From contig JBQTJV010000002.1 of assembly GCA_052386775.1 (NCBI GenBank), forward strand, positions 1 to 49,154: 49,154 nt of DNA. Reading direction: 5' to 3'. The position numbers and the translations under genes are program-made. The stretch comes from Betaproteobacteria bacterium. GTDB taxonomy: Bacteria > Pseudomonadota > Gammaproteobacteria > Burkholderiales > SG8-41. This document shows positions 19,430-29,439 of this stretch, one piece after another (within the stretch, counting starts at the first letter, position 1; every line of letters starts with the position of its first letter). The notes beneath the pieces were generated by a model. It ran no database searches and was not told the origin of the DNA. It worked only from the letters and a program-made list of their open reading frames with translations.

Positions 19430-20398
19430 TCAGTCCACGGTCGCGCCGGATTCGCGCACGACTCTCGCCCACTTGGCGATCTCGGAGCGGACCAGATCGG
19501 CTGTCTGCGCGACGGTTCCGCCGAGGGCATCTATACCCTGCACCGCAAGCTTGTGCTTGACCTCGCTGTCTGCGACCGCCTTTACCGACGCGGCATTCAG
19601 CCGTCCGATGACGTCTTTCGGCGTGGCCTCCGGCGCGAACAAGGCAAACCAGATGGACGTCTCGAATCCCTTGACGCCGGCTTCCGACACCGTAGGCAGT
19701 TCGGGCACGATGGCGGCGCGCTGGATGGTGCTCGCGGCGAGGGCGCGCAGCTTGCCGCTCTTGATGAACGGCAGGGCGGTCGAGGCCGGCGCAAACATCA
19801 CCTGAACCCTGCCCGCCACGAGATCCGTCACCGCCTGCGGGCTGCCCTTGTAGGGCACGTGCACCATTTTGACCTGCGCCATGCTGTTGAAGAGCACGCC
19901 GGACAGGTGCGGGCTCGTGCCATTGCCCGACGAGCCGAACAGGATCTCGTTGGGATGCGCTCTTGCGACCGCGACGAGTTCCTTCACGGAGCGCGCGGGC
20001 AGGGAGGGATGTACCACGAGCAGATTCGGGACCGACGCGATGCTCGCTATCGGCGCCAGATCGCGCGCAAAGTCGAACGAGAGCTTTTTATAGAGGCTGG
20101 CGTTGATGGTGTTGGCGATCGTGCCCATCAGCAGCGTATAACCGTCTGCCGGCGAGCGGACCACCTGTTCAGCGGCGATGTTGCTGCTCGCGCCCGGCCG
20201 ATTTTCGACGACGAAGCCCTGCTTCAGGTCCTCGCTCAGTTTTGCGGCGACGATCCGCGTCACCACGTCGGCGGCGGCCCCCGGCGGAAAGCCGAGGATC
20301 ACGCGCACCGGCTTTGCGGGATAGGTGCTCTGGCCGCATACCGTGAGCGGCGCGGCGGCGGCAACACAGGCCGAAAGGGCGAGCGCGACCAATTTCAT
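19430..20398 (-). CDS. Bug/TctC substrate-binding protein
   Basis: YPAKPVRVILGFPPGAAAD, ENRPGA, DGYTL, HVPYKG and KWARVVRESG. Confidence 0.95.
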   Translation of the reverse strand: MKLVALALSACVAAAAPLTVCGQSTYPAKPVRVILGFPPGAAADVVTRIVAAKLSEDLKQGFVVENRPGASSNIAAEQVVRSPADGYTLLMGTIANTINASLYKKLSFDFARDLAPIASIASVPNLLVVHPSLPARSVKELVAVARAHPNEILFGSSGNGTSPHLSGVLFNSMAQVKMVHVPYKGSPQAVTDLVAGRVQVMFAPASTALPFIKSGKLRALAASTIQRAAIVPELPTVSEAGVKGFETSIWFALFAPEATPKDVIGRLNAASVKAVADSEVKHKLAVQGIDALGGTVAQTADLVRSEIAKWARVVRESGATVD

Positions 20399-20478
20399 GG
20401 GGTCCTCCGGTTTGGTTTAGGGGCAGCCAGGCCGTCTTATACTGGGTCTTCCACAATCCTACAGGATGGAGAAATGCC

Positions 20479-21003
20479 ATGGCAAAGCTGCGTGCGGTGG
20501 AATGCCGCGAATTCATCAAGGCGGTCGTCGAAAAAGCCGAGGAAATGCGCGTCCCGGTCGCCGTTGCCATCGTCAACGCGGAAGGTCACCTGCTCGCGCT
20601 GGAACGCATGGACGACGCCGGATTCATCACGCCGACGACCGCGCACAGCAAGGCGTACACCGTGGCGGCGTTTCGCTCGATGAGCCCGCGCTTCACCGAT
20701 GGTCTCGTGATCCAGCAGTGGTTCCGCGAGCGCAACCCGCAGATGCTCATGAACGCTTCCGTGTTCAGCGGCGGGCGGGTGGTGGTGTCAGGCGGATGCG
20801 CGCCGATATTCAAGGGCGACGAGATGGTCGGCTGCTACGGCATCAGCGGCGGCACCTCCGACCAGGACGAGGTGATGGCGCACTATGCGCGCGAAAAGGT
20901 CGGCTGGGCGCACAAGCCGGAACACGACGACACGCCGGCGGAGGTGAAGGAGCACATCAACGAGATCTACGGGCAGGTGGGCCTCGGCGATCGGCTGCTT
21001 TGA
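20479..21003 (+). CDS. GlcG/HbpS-family heme-binding protein
   Basis: VAVAIVNAEGHLLALERMDDA, KAYT, GGCAPI and GISGGTSDQD. Confidence 0.88.
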   Translation: MAKLRAVECREFIKAVVEKAEEMRVPVAVAIVNAEGHLLALERMDDAGFITPTTAHSKAYTVAAFRSMSPRFTDGLVIQQWFRERNPQMLMNASVFSGGRVVVSGGCAPIFKGDEMVGCYGISGGTSDQDEVMAHYAREKVGWAHKPEHDDTPAEVKEHINEIYGQVGLGDRLL

Positions 21004-21046
21004 AGGAGCCGACCCGCCAAATTCACACTTGGGGCACACGAACGCA

Positions 21047-22153
21047 TCAAAGCGCGACCTTTTGCCGCTGCCCGGTTTCCGACGCGCGCACGACCGCATC
21101 CAGCATGCGGTGGCGGCGCACCGCGTGATCGAAGTCCGGTTCGCTGTTCGAGCCGGTGCGGATCGCGCGGGCGAAATTCACCCACATCTGGCCCACATCG
21201 TACGAGCGCCCGACATCCCGCACCGCCTGCGGGACCCATTTCAGCCGATCGGGAACGGGTAACTCCTGCAGCGCCTTGTCGTCCTTCTTCCCGCCCATGA
21301 TCTTGCGGCTCGTTTCCTGGCCGGCTTCACCGCCGCCGATCATCATCAGCGTGCCTTCCTTGCCGTAGATTTCGAAGCGATGACCGCTGCCGTGATAGGG
21401 GTGCACGCCCACGTAGGCATTGAGGATCGCGCCGCTCTCCACCCGGCCCTGGATCATGATGTTGTCGGGGGAAGTGACGTCCACGTATTTTTTGGTGTCG
21501 GTCTCGAACCATTGCGGGACGCGCGTGTTCAGCATGGCCGACACTTCCGTCAGCTCGCCGACCACCATCAGCACCGCATCGATGGCATGCCCGAAAGTGA
21601 TGGTGAGCGTGTTGGCGCCGAGCGAGAAGTCGCGCTGCCAGGTGCGGTCAGAGGTGCGCGTCAGAACACCGCTGTTCTGCAGCGTCATGTTGACCGACAG
21701 CACTTCGCCCACGTAACCCTCTTTGATCAACTCGCGCATGTACAGAAAGGCGGGTGACGCGCGTCGTTGCAGTCCGACCATCGTGCGCAGGTTCTTTTTG
21801 CGGGCAAGCGCCGCCAGCTCTTCGGCTTCCCGCGTATTCGCGCCCAGCGGCCACTCGCAGTAAACGTGCTTGCCGCCTTCCAGCACGTCTTTCGTGATCG
21901 AATAGTGCGCCGGCACACGCACTGCAACCAATGCCGCCTCGACCTGCGGGTTGGTGCACATGGTTTTGACATCGCTGTAGGCGTTCTTCACGCCATACTT
22001 GTCGGCTGCGGCTTGCGCCGTGTCGGCATGGGCCGTGCACACGGCGTACAGCGTGGCCTCCGGTAGATTCTGCAGCGCCGGCACATGCGCCCACGGACCC
22101 CAGCGTCCGCCTGCGCCGATAAGTCCCACCCGCAACGGATTTGATGCTGTCAT
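21047..22153 (-). CDS. Gfo/Idh/MocA-family oxidoreductase
   Basis: VGLIGA..WG..AH, HVYCEWPLG and GLQRR; start ATG 22153 with RBS AAGGAG. Confidence 0.9.
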   Translation of the reverse strand: MTASNPLRVGLIGAGGRWGPWAHVPALQNLPEATLYAVCTAHADTAQAAADKYGVKNAYSDVKTMCTNPQVEAALVAVRVPAHYSITKDVLEGGKHVYCEWPLGANTREAEELAALARKKNLRTMVGLQRRASPAFLYMRELIKEGYVGEVLSVNMTLQNSGVLTRTSDRTWQRDFSLGANTLTITFGHAIDAVLMVVGELTEVSAMLNTRVPQWFETDTKKYVDVTSPDNIMIQGRVESGAILNAYVGVHPYHGSGHRFEIYGKEGTLMMIGGGEAGQETSRKIMGGKKDDKALQELPVPDRLKWVPQAVRDVGRSYDVGQMWVNFARAIRTGSNSEPDFDHAVRRHRMLDAVVRASETGQRQKVAL

Positions 22154-22266
22154 GATTAAATCTCCTTGTACTGAGCCCGCTATTTTATTCACTTCACCGA
22201 TCGGGTGGAGCGGGTTAAGCTTGAAAACCCGCCGTCCCTGTGGCATCGATTTCCGGAGTACCGACC

Positions 22267-23301
22267 ATGCCGACGCTGCAATCCCTGTTTGGAACCGAAT
22301 TCCCGCTGGTGCAGGCGCCCATGGCCGGTGTGCAGGGCCACGAGCTTGCCGCCGCAGTCTCCAATGCCGGCGGACTGGGTTCCCTGCCCTGTGCGATGCT
22401 GAGCGTGGAAGGGATGCGAAAAGAACTGGAGGCGCTGAAGGTCAAGACCTCCCGTCCCTATAACGTCAATTTCTTTTGCCACGTGCCGCCCGAGCCGAGC
22501 CCCGATCGCGAAGCGGCGTGGCGCGAGGCGCTCGGGCTGTATTACCGGGAATTCGGCATCGATCCGGCGACGATCCCGGCCGGGCCGGGACGCATGCCTT
22601 TCAGCGCCGACGCCGCCGACGTGTTGAGCCAATTCAGGCCCGCCGTGGTGAGCTTCCACTTCGGGCTGCCGGCCCCGGCACTGCTGCAGCGGGTGCGCGA
22701 GATGGGCGCAAAGATATTGAGTTCTGCGACCACGGTTGAGGAAGCGCGCTGGCTCGAGTCCCAGGGCGTGGACGCCATCATCGCGCAGGGCGCAGAGGCG
22801 GGCGGACACCGTGGAATTTTCCTCTCTGATGATCTCAGCACCCAGGTGGGCACCTTTGCGCTGGTGCCGCAGATCGCGCGTGCGGTGCGTGTACCGGTGA
22901 TCGCCGCCGGTGGAATCGCAGATCGTCAGGGTATCGCGGCTGCCATGGTGCTCGGTGCAGCGGGCGTGCAGATCGGAACAGCCTATCTGCTGTCGCGGGA
23001 GGCGACCACCAGTGATGTGCACCGGGCGGCGCTCAGGAGCGATGCGGCGCGCAACACCGCGCTGACGAATCTTTTCACCGGCCGGCCCGCGCGCGGCATC
23101 GTGAATCGCATCATGCGCGAGCTCGGCCCCATCAATCCTGCTGCGCCGGCGTTTCCACTGGCGACCTCGGCGATCGCGCCGCTGCGGGCCAAGGCGGAGG
23201 CGCGCGGCAGCGGCGATTTCTCGCCGCTGTGGTCCGGACAGAATGCCAGCGGATGCCGCGAGCTGCCCGCCGGCGAAATAACCCGGCAGCTCGCCGCCTA
23301 A
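22267..23301 (+). CDS. Nitronate monooxygenase (2-nitropropane dioxygenase)-family flavoprotein
   Basis: QAPMAG, AVSNAGGLG, QGAEAGGHRG, AAGGIAD, QIGTAYL and GRPARG. Confidence 0.92.
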   Translation: MPTLQSLFGTEFPLVQAPMAGVQGHELAAAVSNAGGLGSLPCAMLSVEGMRKELEALKVKTSRPYNVNFFCHVPPEPSPDREAAWREALGLYYREFGIDPATIPAGPGRMPFSADAADVLSQFRPAVVSFHFGLPAPALLQRVREMGAKILSSATTVEEARWLESQGVDAIIAQGAEAGGHRGIFLSDDLSTQVGTFALVPQIARAVRVPVIAAGGIADRQGIAAAMVLGAAGVQIGTAYLLSREATTSDVHRAALRSDAARNTALTNLFTGRPARGIVNRIMRELGPINPAAPAFPLATSAIAPLRAKAEARGSGDFSPLWSGQNASGCRELPAGEITRQLAA

Positions 23302-24269
23302 TCGAGCTTCATCTCGCGAATGACGGGCGTGAACTGCTTCATCTGCTTGAGCACGATGTCCATCTGCTCTTGCGACGAAGAGCCGACCGCTTCCGCGCCC
23401 AGTTCAGTGAAGCGCTTTTGCACATCGGGATGGCGCACTGCCAGGGCCGTTTCGCGCTGAAGTTTTTCGATGATCGCACGCGGCGTTTTCGCCGGGGCCA
23501 GCAATCCGTTCCAGCCCTCGAATTCGAGCGAAGCAAATCCCTGTTCGCGCACGGTCGGCACGTCGGGCAGGATGGCGATCCGCTTCGAGCCGCTGGTGGC
23601 GAGCGCCTTGAGCTGGGCGCTCCGGATTTCCTGGAGCGAAGTCGAGAGCTGATCGCCGCCGATCTGGATGCGCCCGCTCAGAAGTTCCAGCTTGAGCGGC
23701 GCCGCGCCCTTGTACGCGATGTGCGCCATGTCCACCCTGGCATCGCGCTTGAAGGTTTCGCCGATGACGTGCATCACCGATCCGGGGCCTGTGGAGCCGT
23801 AGTTGTATTTCAGTTTTTTGGACTGCAGCAGTGCGCCGAGTTCTTTCAAATCCTTCGCCGGAACGCTTGGATGCGCCGTGATCACGAACGGTACAAAGAC
23901 CGCGATGGAGACGCCCGCGAAGTCCGTCTCGGCGTTGAACGGGGAGCGCTTCGCCAGCGTCTGCGCCACCGACGAGAGCGGGAAAGTGATGTTGGCCATC
24001 AGCAGCGTGTAACCATCGGGTGCAGATTTCGCGACGATATCCGCGCCGAGCGCACCACCTGCGCCGCCGCGGTTGTCCACGACGACCGGTTGCTTCATCG
24101 ACTCGGTGAAGCGTTGCGCCACCAGCCGTGCAACGACGTCCGTCGTGCCGCCTGGAGGAAACGGAACGACGATGCGTATCGGTTTGGTGGGAAAATTCTG
24201 TGCGGCAGCGCCGCCCGTCATGATGGCGCTGAATACGAGAACTGCCAGACTGCCAAAGCTGCATTTCAT
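23298..24269 (-). CDS. Bug/TctC substrate-binding protein
   Basis: FPTKPIRIVVPFPPGGTTD, DNRGGA, PDGYTL and YKG; start MKCSFG. Confidence 0.93.
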   Translation of the reverse strand: MKCSFGSLAVLVFSAIMTGGAAAQNFPTKPIRIVVPFPPGGTTDVVARLVAQRFTESMKQPVVVDNRGGAGGALGADIVAKSAPDGYTLLMANITFPLSSVAQTLAKRSPFNAETDFAGVSIAVFVPFVITAHPSVPAKDLKELGALLQSKKLKYNYGSTGPGSVMHVIGETFKRDARVDMAHIAYKGAAPLKLELLSGRIQIGGDQLSTSLQEIRSAQLKALATSGSKRIAILPDVPTVREQGFASLEFEGWNGLLAPAKTPRAIIEKLQRETALAVRHPDVQKRFTELGAEAVGSSSQEQMDIVLKQMKQFTPVIREMKLD

Positions 24270-24312
24270 GGCCGCTACCTCCCCCGGTTGCCTTCGAACG
24301 ATCAATTGCGGA

Positions 24313-25053
24313 TCAGCGTGATGCGATGAGACGTCCCCAGCCTGCCACCGGCGGCGCAATCCCCGCAGCGATCAGGCGCCACGTCTGCGCAAGGCGATTG
24401 GTCACGACCGGGATGCCGTAGTCCTCTTCGAGGCTCGGCACCACGGCGAGGCTGCGCCAGGCGCCGCCCGGCAGCAGCAGGGCGGTTGCCTCAGGCGCGC
24501 GCCGCATCGCCTCGCGTCCCAGTTGAAACGCGAGGCGCACCCCTTCCTCGATGCTCATCGAGAATGAGTGCCTGGCCCACTGGTGGGCGCTGGTTACCGC
24601 GAGCACTTCGATCCCCGCCTGGTTGAGATAGGCGACGAGCGCCGCGTTCAGTTCGTCCGACCAGCGGCTCGCGATCGCTATCCGATCGGCACGCAGGTGC
24701 TTGAGTGCATCGACGACGGCCTCGCCATGGGCATCTGCAATCGCACCGGTTTTCTGCGCGGTTTCCTTGACGAGTTCCAGCACGCGCGGCCGGCCGAGCT
24801 GGGAGGCGACCGGCAGCCCGGCGAGCGTGATGCTGTTCGCCCCCTGGCGCACGAGCTGCTCCACACAGTCCCAATACCGTTGCATGCCTTCGTTGACGCC
24901 GCTTTCGGTGTAGTCCTGAATGTCGATCGAGGCCGAAACCTGCTGGATGTCGGGCGGCAGCAGCGGCTGCACTTGCGGCGGATTGCGCACCTTCTCGTGC
25001 GGATAGACCGTCCCCGCAATGAAGCGCGGCTTCGTCATGTTGCTTGTGCTCAT
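24313..25053 (-). CDS. Arylmalonate decarboxylase / maleate isomerase-like protein (Asp/Glu racemase superfamily), atypical
   Basis: AVVDALKHLRADRIAIASRW..ELN..L..YL...GIEV and LEEDYGIPVVTN..QTW pattern; the catalytic Cys positions are not conserved. Confidence 0.72.
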   Translation of the reverse strand: MSTSNMTKPRFIAGTVYPHEKVRNPPQVQPLLPPDIQQVSASIDIQDYTESGVNEGMQRYWDCVEQLVRQGANSITLAGLPVASQLGRPRVLELVKETAQKTGAIADAHGEAVVDALKHLRADRIAIASRWSDELNAALVAYLNQAGIEVLAVTSAHQWARHSFSMSIEEGVRLAFQLGREAMRRAPEATALLLPGGAWRSLAVVPSLEEDYGIPVVTNRLAQTWRLIAAGIAPPVAGWGRLIASR

Positions 25054-26039
25054 CGCGCGGCGCCGGCGAGGCCGAGGTCCGTGAGGATCACTTTGATCTC
25101 GCCGTACTGCTCCCTGATATAGCGCTCGGTGTCGCCGCGCGACAGCGGATTGTTCGGAAGGTAATTCTTCTCCAGCTCCTGGAGCCAGTCGGGACTTTCG
25201 GTCAGCCGCTTGAGCGCGCCTTCCCAGTACGCCGCGTGCGCATCCGGGATCGCCTTCGGCGCGATCGCGAGCCGCCAGTTCTCGGCGATCACGGGAAATC
25301 CCGCTTCGGTCACCGTGGGCACCGTGGCATAGATGCCGCCGAGCCGCTGCGGAGCGGCCACCGCCAGCGGACGGATCTGCCCGTTCTGGAATGCACCGGC
25401 GGTGGCGGAGGCGGAATTCACAAAAATGCCGACGTGCCCGCCGAGCAGACCGGCCAGCGCCTCGTTGGTGCCGGAGAAAATCACCACCTTCATCCTGGTG
25501 ACGTCGACGCCGCCGGCTTTCACGAGCCGTCCCAGCGCGATGTGGTTCGCGCCGCCGGCGGCGCTCGACACGCCGGCTGGAAAAGCGCCGGGATCCTTCC
25601 TGAGGGCCGCGTAGAGATCCGCGACGGTCTTGATCGGTGAATCGGCGCGCACCGAATAGACGATGTACTCGCGAGCCATCAGCGAGATCGGCGTGAAATC
25701 GGTGTAGGTGACTTTGCTGCGGCCGCTGATGTGGGCAGTGACGATGTTATAGGACGTGATGAGCAGCAAATGCGGATCCTCACTGCGCTGGCTGAGATAT
25801 GCCCAGCTTACCGCGCCGCCGCCACCGGGCCGGTTGACCACCGTGACCGGCACGTCCATCACTTTCTTTTCGCGCCAGATGCGCTCCATGAGGCGCGCAA
25901 CCCGGTCGGTGCCGGTACCGGAACTGGACCCAACCACGAGTTCGACGTTGCGCTCGGGCTTCCAGCCGCTTTGCGCGGATCCCGGCGGGCTGACAGCAGC
26001 GAGCGCGCCGGCCAGGGCCAGCAAAACACCTCTATGCAT
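25050..26039 (-). CDS. TctC/Bug substrate-binding protein (TctC-like subgroup)
   Basis: WKPERNVELVVGSSSGTGTD, NRPGGGG, GGHV and VPTVTEAG; start MHRGVLL with RBS AAGGAG. Confidence 0.9.
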   Translation of the reverse strand: MHRGVLLALAGALAAVSPPGSAQSGWKPERNVELVVGSSSGTGTDRVARLMERIWREKKVMDVPVTVVNRPGGGGAVSWAYLSQRSEDPHLLLITSYNIVTAHISGRSKVTYTDFTPISLMAREYIVYSVRADSPIKTVADLYAALRKDPGAFPAGVSSAAGGANHIALGRLVKAGGVDVTRMKVVIFSGTNEALAGLLGGHVGIFVNSASATAGAFQNGQIRPLAVAAPQRLGGIYATVPTVTEAGFPVIAENWRLAIAPKAIPDAHAAYWEGALKRLTESPDWLQELEKNYLPNNPLSRGDTERYIREQYGEIKVILTDLGLAGAAR

Positions 26040-26059
26040 GACTCTCCTTTGAGTTCGGT

Positions 26060-26413
26060 CTACTTCATCTCGATGAACTCGAGCTGCACGCCGTCCGGGC
26101 CTTCGAAAAAGCACACCCGCCGGCCGCCCGAAACGATCGTCTGCTCGAGGATATGGATGCCCTGCGCCTTCAGCTTTTCAATTACGCTGTCCAGCTCGTC
26201 GGTATCGATGGCAATGTGCTCCATGCCGTATTTCTGCTCGCGCGACTGCTCCGTCAGAAAGCCGGTGACGTTGAGCGCGAGGCCATGAAGATCCAGACGA
26301 TAGCCGTTCTTGTTCTGGCTCACGATCTTGGCGCCCAGCGTATCGACGTAGAACTGCGCGGTTTTGCCGGGGTCCTTGGTTTTGAGGTGCAGGTGATTCA
26401 GCTTGAGCGTCAT
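26060..26413 (-). CDS. VOC (glyoxalase/bleomycin resistance/dioxygenase) family protein
   Basis: LNHLHL, FYVDTLG, EHIAI and FFEGPDGVQLEFIE. Confidence 0.9.
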   Translation of the reverse strand: MTLKLNHLHLKTKDPGKTAQFYVDTLGAKIVSQNKNGYRLDLHGLALNVTGFLTEQSREQKYGMEHIAIDTDELDSVIEKLKAQGIHILEQTIVSGGRRVCFFEGPDGVQLEFIEMK

Positions 26414-26436
26414 GTCGGGCTCCTCCGTTAAGTGCT

Positions 26437-27453
26437 TCAGCGTGCGTAAGCGTATTCGCGCGACGAACGCATCCCTTCCTCGCGCAGCAAGGTCTGGTAG
26501 CGCAGGTATTCCGACTGCATGAGCCGCGTAAAGCCGTCGGGCGTGCTGTCCGGCGTCGTCTCGGCGCCCAGACGCGCAAACGCTTCGCGCAGCTCCGGCT
26601 TGCGCAGCGCGCGCACGATATCCCCGTGCAGTTGCTCGACGATGCGCCGCGGTGTTCCCTTGGGCGCGACGATTCCGGACCAGCTGTCGAACTGCGCTTC
26701 GGGCAGTCCGAATTCGGCGATGGCGGGGACATCGGGCAGCGCGGCACTGCGCTGGGGCGTCATCACGGCGAGCGCCCGCATGCGGCCCTCGCGCACCGAG
26801 GGCATCACGGAAGGCAGCGTCAGCACCGCGTAGTGCACCCTGCCGAGCACCATTTCGACGAAGGAGTCGGAAAGCTGGCGGAAGGGCACGTGCACCGCAT
26901 CGATGCCGGCCGAGCGCGTGAAGACTTCTCCGGCCAGATGCGACGCCGAGCCGATGCCGAGCGAGGCATAGTTCAACTCGCCTGCGCGCACGCGTGCGTG
27001 CTGCACGAACTGGGACGGCGTGCGCGCCGGTATGGAAGGCGTGACCGCCAGGACGTTGGTGATCGACGCGACGTGGATGACGCCGACGATGTCGTCGAGA
27101 ACCCGGTAGGGCGCCTCCTCACGCATCAGTGCGGTGATGATGCGCGTGACCCCGATCAGGCCCAGCGTATAGCCATCGGGATTGGCACGCGAGAGTATGT
27201 TGTTGCCGATCAGCCCGCCGGCGCCGGGCCGATTGTCGATGATGACGCGCTGCCGATAGAACACGCCCAGTTCCTCGCCGAGCGCGCGCGCGAAGTAGTC
27301 GTCCGAGGTGCCGGGTGAGGACCCGGTGACGATCCGGATCGGTTTAGCCGGATACGCCTGAGCCGCCGCCGACGGCTGCGCGTCGCCCGGTCCCGGCGCA
27401 CACAGGAATGCGAGCGCAAGGGTGAATCCGCAGAAAGTGGCGGGACCGCGCAT
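26437..27453 (-). CDS. Bug/TctC substrate-binding protein, divergent
   Basis: YPAKPIRIV, DNRPGAGG, PDGYTL, HVPFR and PDVPAIAE. Confidence 0.9.
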   Translation of the reverse strand: MRGPATFCGFTLALAFLCAPGPGDAQPSAAAQAYPAKPIRIVTGSSPGTSDDYFARALGEELGVFYRQRVIIDNRPGAGGLIGNNILSRANPDGYTLGLIGVTRIITALMREEAPYRVLDDIVGVIHVASITNVLAVTPSIPARTPSQFVQHARVRAGELNYASLGIGSASHLAGEVFTRSAGIDAVHVPFRQLSDSFVEMVLGRVHYAVLTLPSVMPSVREGRMRALAVMTPQRSAALPDVPAIAEFGLPEAQFDSWSGIVAPKGTPRRIVEQLHGDIVRALRKPELREAFARLGAETTPDSTPDGFTRLMQSEYLRYQTLLREEGMRSSREYAYAR

Positions 27454-28640
27454 CAGTCGGCCGGCATGCCGTTACGCAGCAGGTCACGCGCGATAAACCA
27501 GCGGTGCACTTCACTGGGGCCTTCGTAAATGCGGTACGCGCGGCACGCGCGGCTGATGTACTCGAGCGGCATGTCCTTGGTCATGCCCATGCCGCCGAAC
27601 ATCTGCATCGCGCGGTCCGCAATGCGGTAAATCATCTCGCTGCCCTGGAGCTTGACCATCGCCGCGTCGCGCCGCCAGTTCGTTTCCCCCTGGTCGATCC
27701 TGCACGCAAGCCGCCACGTGATGAGGCGCACCATCTCCATTTCCTGGAAGCTGTCGGCGATCCACCACTGGACGGCCTGCCGGTCGGCGAGCGGCTTGCC
27801 GAACGTGACACGCTCGTTCGCATACGGGATCATCAGCTCCAGGCAGCGGCGCGCGTAGCCGAGCGAGCGGCACGCGATCTCCATGCGCCGCACGCCGAGG
27901 CGATTCTGCATCGGGCCGAAGCCGTTGCCGACTTCGCCCAGCACCTGGTCATCCGGTACCTCCACGTCGTCGAAGAACACGCCATAGGGCGCATGCTCGC
28001 CGATCGTATTGAAAACCGCCGGGATCGACATGCCCTTGGTGCCCTGGTCGACGAGAAAGGCGGTAATGCCGCCGCGCGAGCCTTTCGCCGGATCGGTCAC
28101 CGCCATCACGATGATGAAGTCGGCCTTGCGCGCGTTGCTGATGAAGATCTTCTGGCCGTTGATCACCCACTTGCCATTACGGTACTCCGCGCGCGTTTTC
28201 ATCGCCGCCGGATCGGATCCGGCGCCCGGTTCCGTAATCGCGATCGCGCTTTTCTTCTCGCCGCGCGCATAGGGGATGAAGTATTTTTCGACCTGGTCGC
28301 CCTTGCACGTCTCGCGCAGCATGTAGAGGTTGGGGCTGTCCGGGGGCAGCACGTAGGGCGTGATGCTGGTCTTGAGTTCCTCGATCACGACGGCTTTCGC
28401 CAGCATGCCGAGGTTTTGCCCGCCGTATTCTTCCGGCACGTCAATGCCGTAGAGCCCGATCTCCTGCGCCTTGCGATTGAGCGCCTTTTCGGCGTCCGGG
28501 TCGATCAGCGGCGCATCCGTCAGGCCGCGCTCCGCTTCCCGGCGGATGACGTCCTTTTCGAGTGGACGCAGTTCCTGGCGCGCGAAGCGGGCAACGGTGT
28601 CGCGCAGCATGCGCAACTCTTCGGGCAGGGTAAAGTCCAT
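27453..28640 (-). CDS. Acyl-CoA dehydrogenase family protein
   Basis: MDFTLPEE, PEEYGG, AITEPGAGSD, NGQKIFISN, RVTFGKPL and IYEGPSEVHR. Confidence 0.94.
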   Translation of the reverse strand: MDFTLPEELRMLRDTVARFARQELRPLEKDVIRREAERGLTDAPLIDPDAEKALNRKAQEIGLYGIDVPEEYGGQNLGMLAKAVVIEELKTSITPYVLPPDSPNLYMLRETCKGDQVEKYFIPYARGEKKSAIAITEPGAGSDPAAMKTRAEYRNGKWVINGQKIFISNARKADFIIVMAVTDPAKGSRGGITAFLVDQGTKGMSIPAVFNTIGEHAPYGVFFDDVEVPDDQVLGEVGNGFGPMQNRLGVRRMEIACRSLGYARRCLELMIPYANERVTFGKPLADRQAVQWWIADSFQEMEMVRLITWRLACRIDQGETNWRRDAAMVKLQGSEMIYRIADRAMQMFGGMGMTKDMPLEYISRACRAYRIYEGPSEVHRWFIARDLLRNGMPAD

Positions 28641-28772
28641 GTATTGAAAGCCTTTAGCTGGGCGCAGCGGGGTAGGGGCATGATAACACTCTCCTCTTGA
28701 CGGCCGGGCGCTTCGGTTACATCCTGTGCGCCTCAGAAGCACCAGAATTCAATCAGACCGACAGGGAGGCAC

Positions 28773-29387
28773 ATGAAACGCTTATCCGCTTTGACCGCCG
28801 TGCTGCTGATAACGGCATTTACCGCATCCGGCTGTGCGCGCCACGTATACGACGACGGCTGGGTCACGCTGATCGACGGCAAGAAGGGTCTCGAGAACTT
28901 CGACCGGATTGGCGACGCCAACTGGCGCGGCCAGCACGATTACATCGTGGCTGACTCCGGCAAGGGCGGGTATCTGGTATCGAAGAAATCCTTCAAGGAT
29001 TTTGCGTTGCGCGTTGAATTTTGGGCGGATCACACGACGAACAGCGGTATACACATCCGCTCAGCCGACTCGAAAAAAATAGCGAGTACCAATTCGTATG
29101 AGATCAACATCTTCGACCAGGGCCCGAATCCGGTCTATGCGACTGGCGGCGTGCCGAACTTCGCTATGATTCGTCCCGGCGCATACAAGGCCGGAGGTCG
29201 GTGGAACGTCTACGAAATCTTCGCGATAGGACCTGAGATCACCGTGAAACTCAATGGCGTTGTCACGGTCGCCTTCACCAATAGCCAGTTCACAGAAGGC
29301 CCGATCGCTTTGCAATATGGGGCCGGTCCCAAAGGTATGCGTGGCGGGACCATCCGCTGGCGCAGCGTTCGAATCAAAGAACTGTAA
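28773..29387 (+). CDS. DUF1080 (3-keto-disaccharide hydrolase-like) lipoprotein
   Basis: Lipobox ASGC; GWVTLIDGK, DFALRVEF, NSGI, YEINI, WNVYEI and GPIALQ. Confidence 0.85.
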   Translation: MKRLSALTAVLLITAFTASGCARHVYDDGWVTLIDGKKGLENFDRIGDANWRGQHDYIVADSGKGGYLVSKKSFKDFALRVEFWADHTTNSGIHIRSADSKKIASTNSYEINIFDQGPNPVYATGGVPNFAMIRPGAYKAGGRWNVYEIFAIGPEITVKLNGVVTVAFTNSQFTEGPIALQYGAGPKGMRGGTIRWRSVRIKEL

Positions 29388-29392
29388 GAAAA

Positions 29393-29424
29393 CGGGGACA
29401 GCCTGCGATCCGGGTTTGTCCCCG
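29393..29424. terminator. Hairpin between convergent DUF1080 and YciI genes (possible terminator or REP-like element)
   Basis: CGGGGACA(29393-29400)...TGTCCCCG(29417-29424), with an A-tract on the left side. Confidence 0.4.
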
Positions 29425-29439
29425 ATTATTCCTGCCGGG

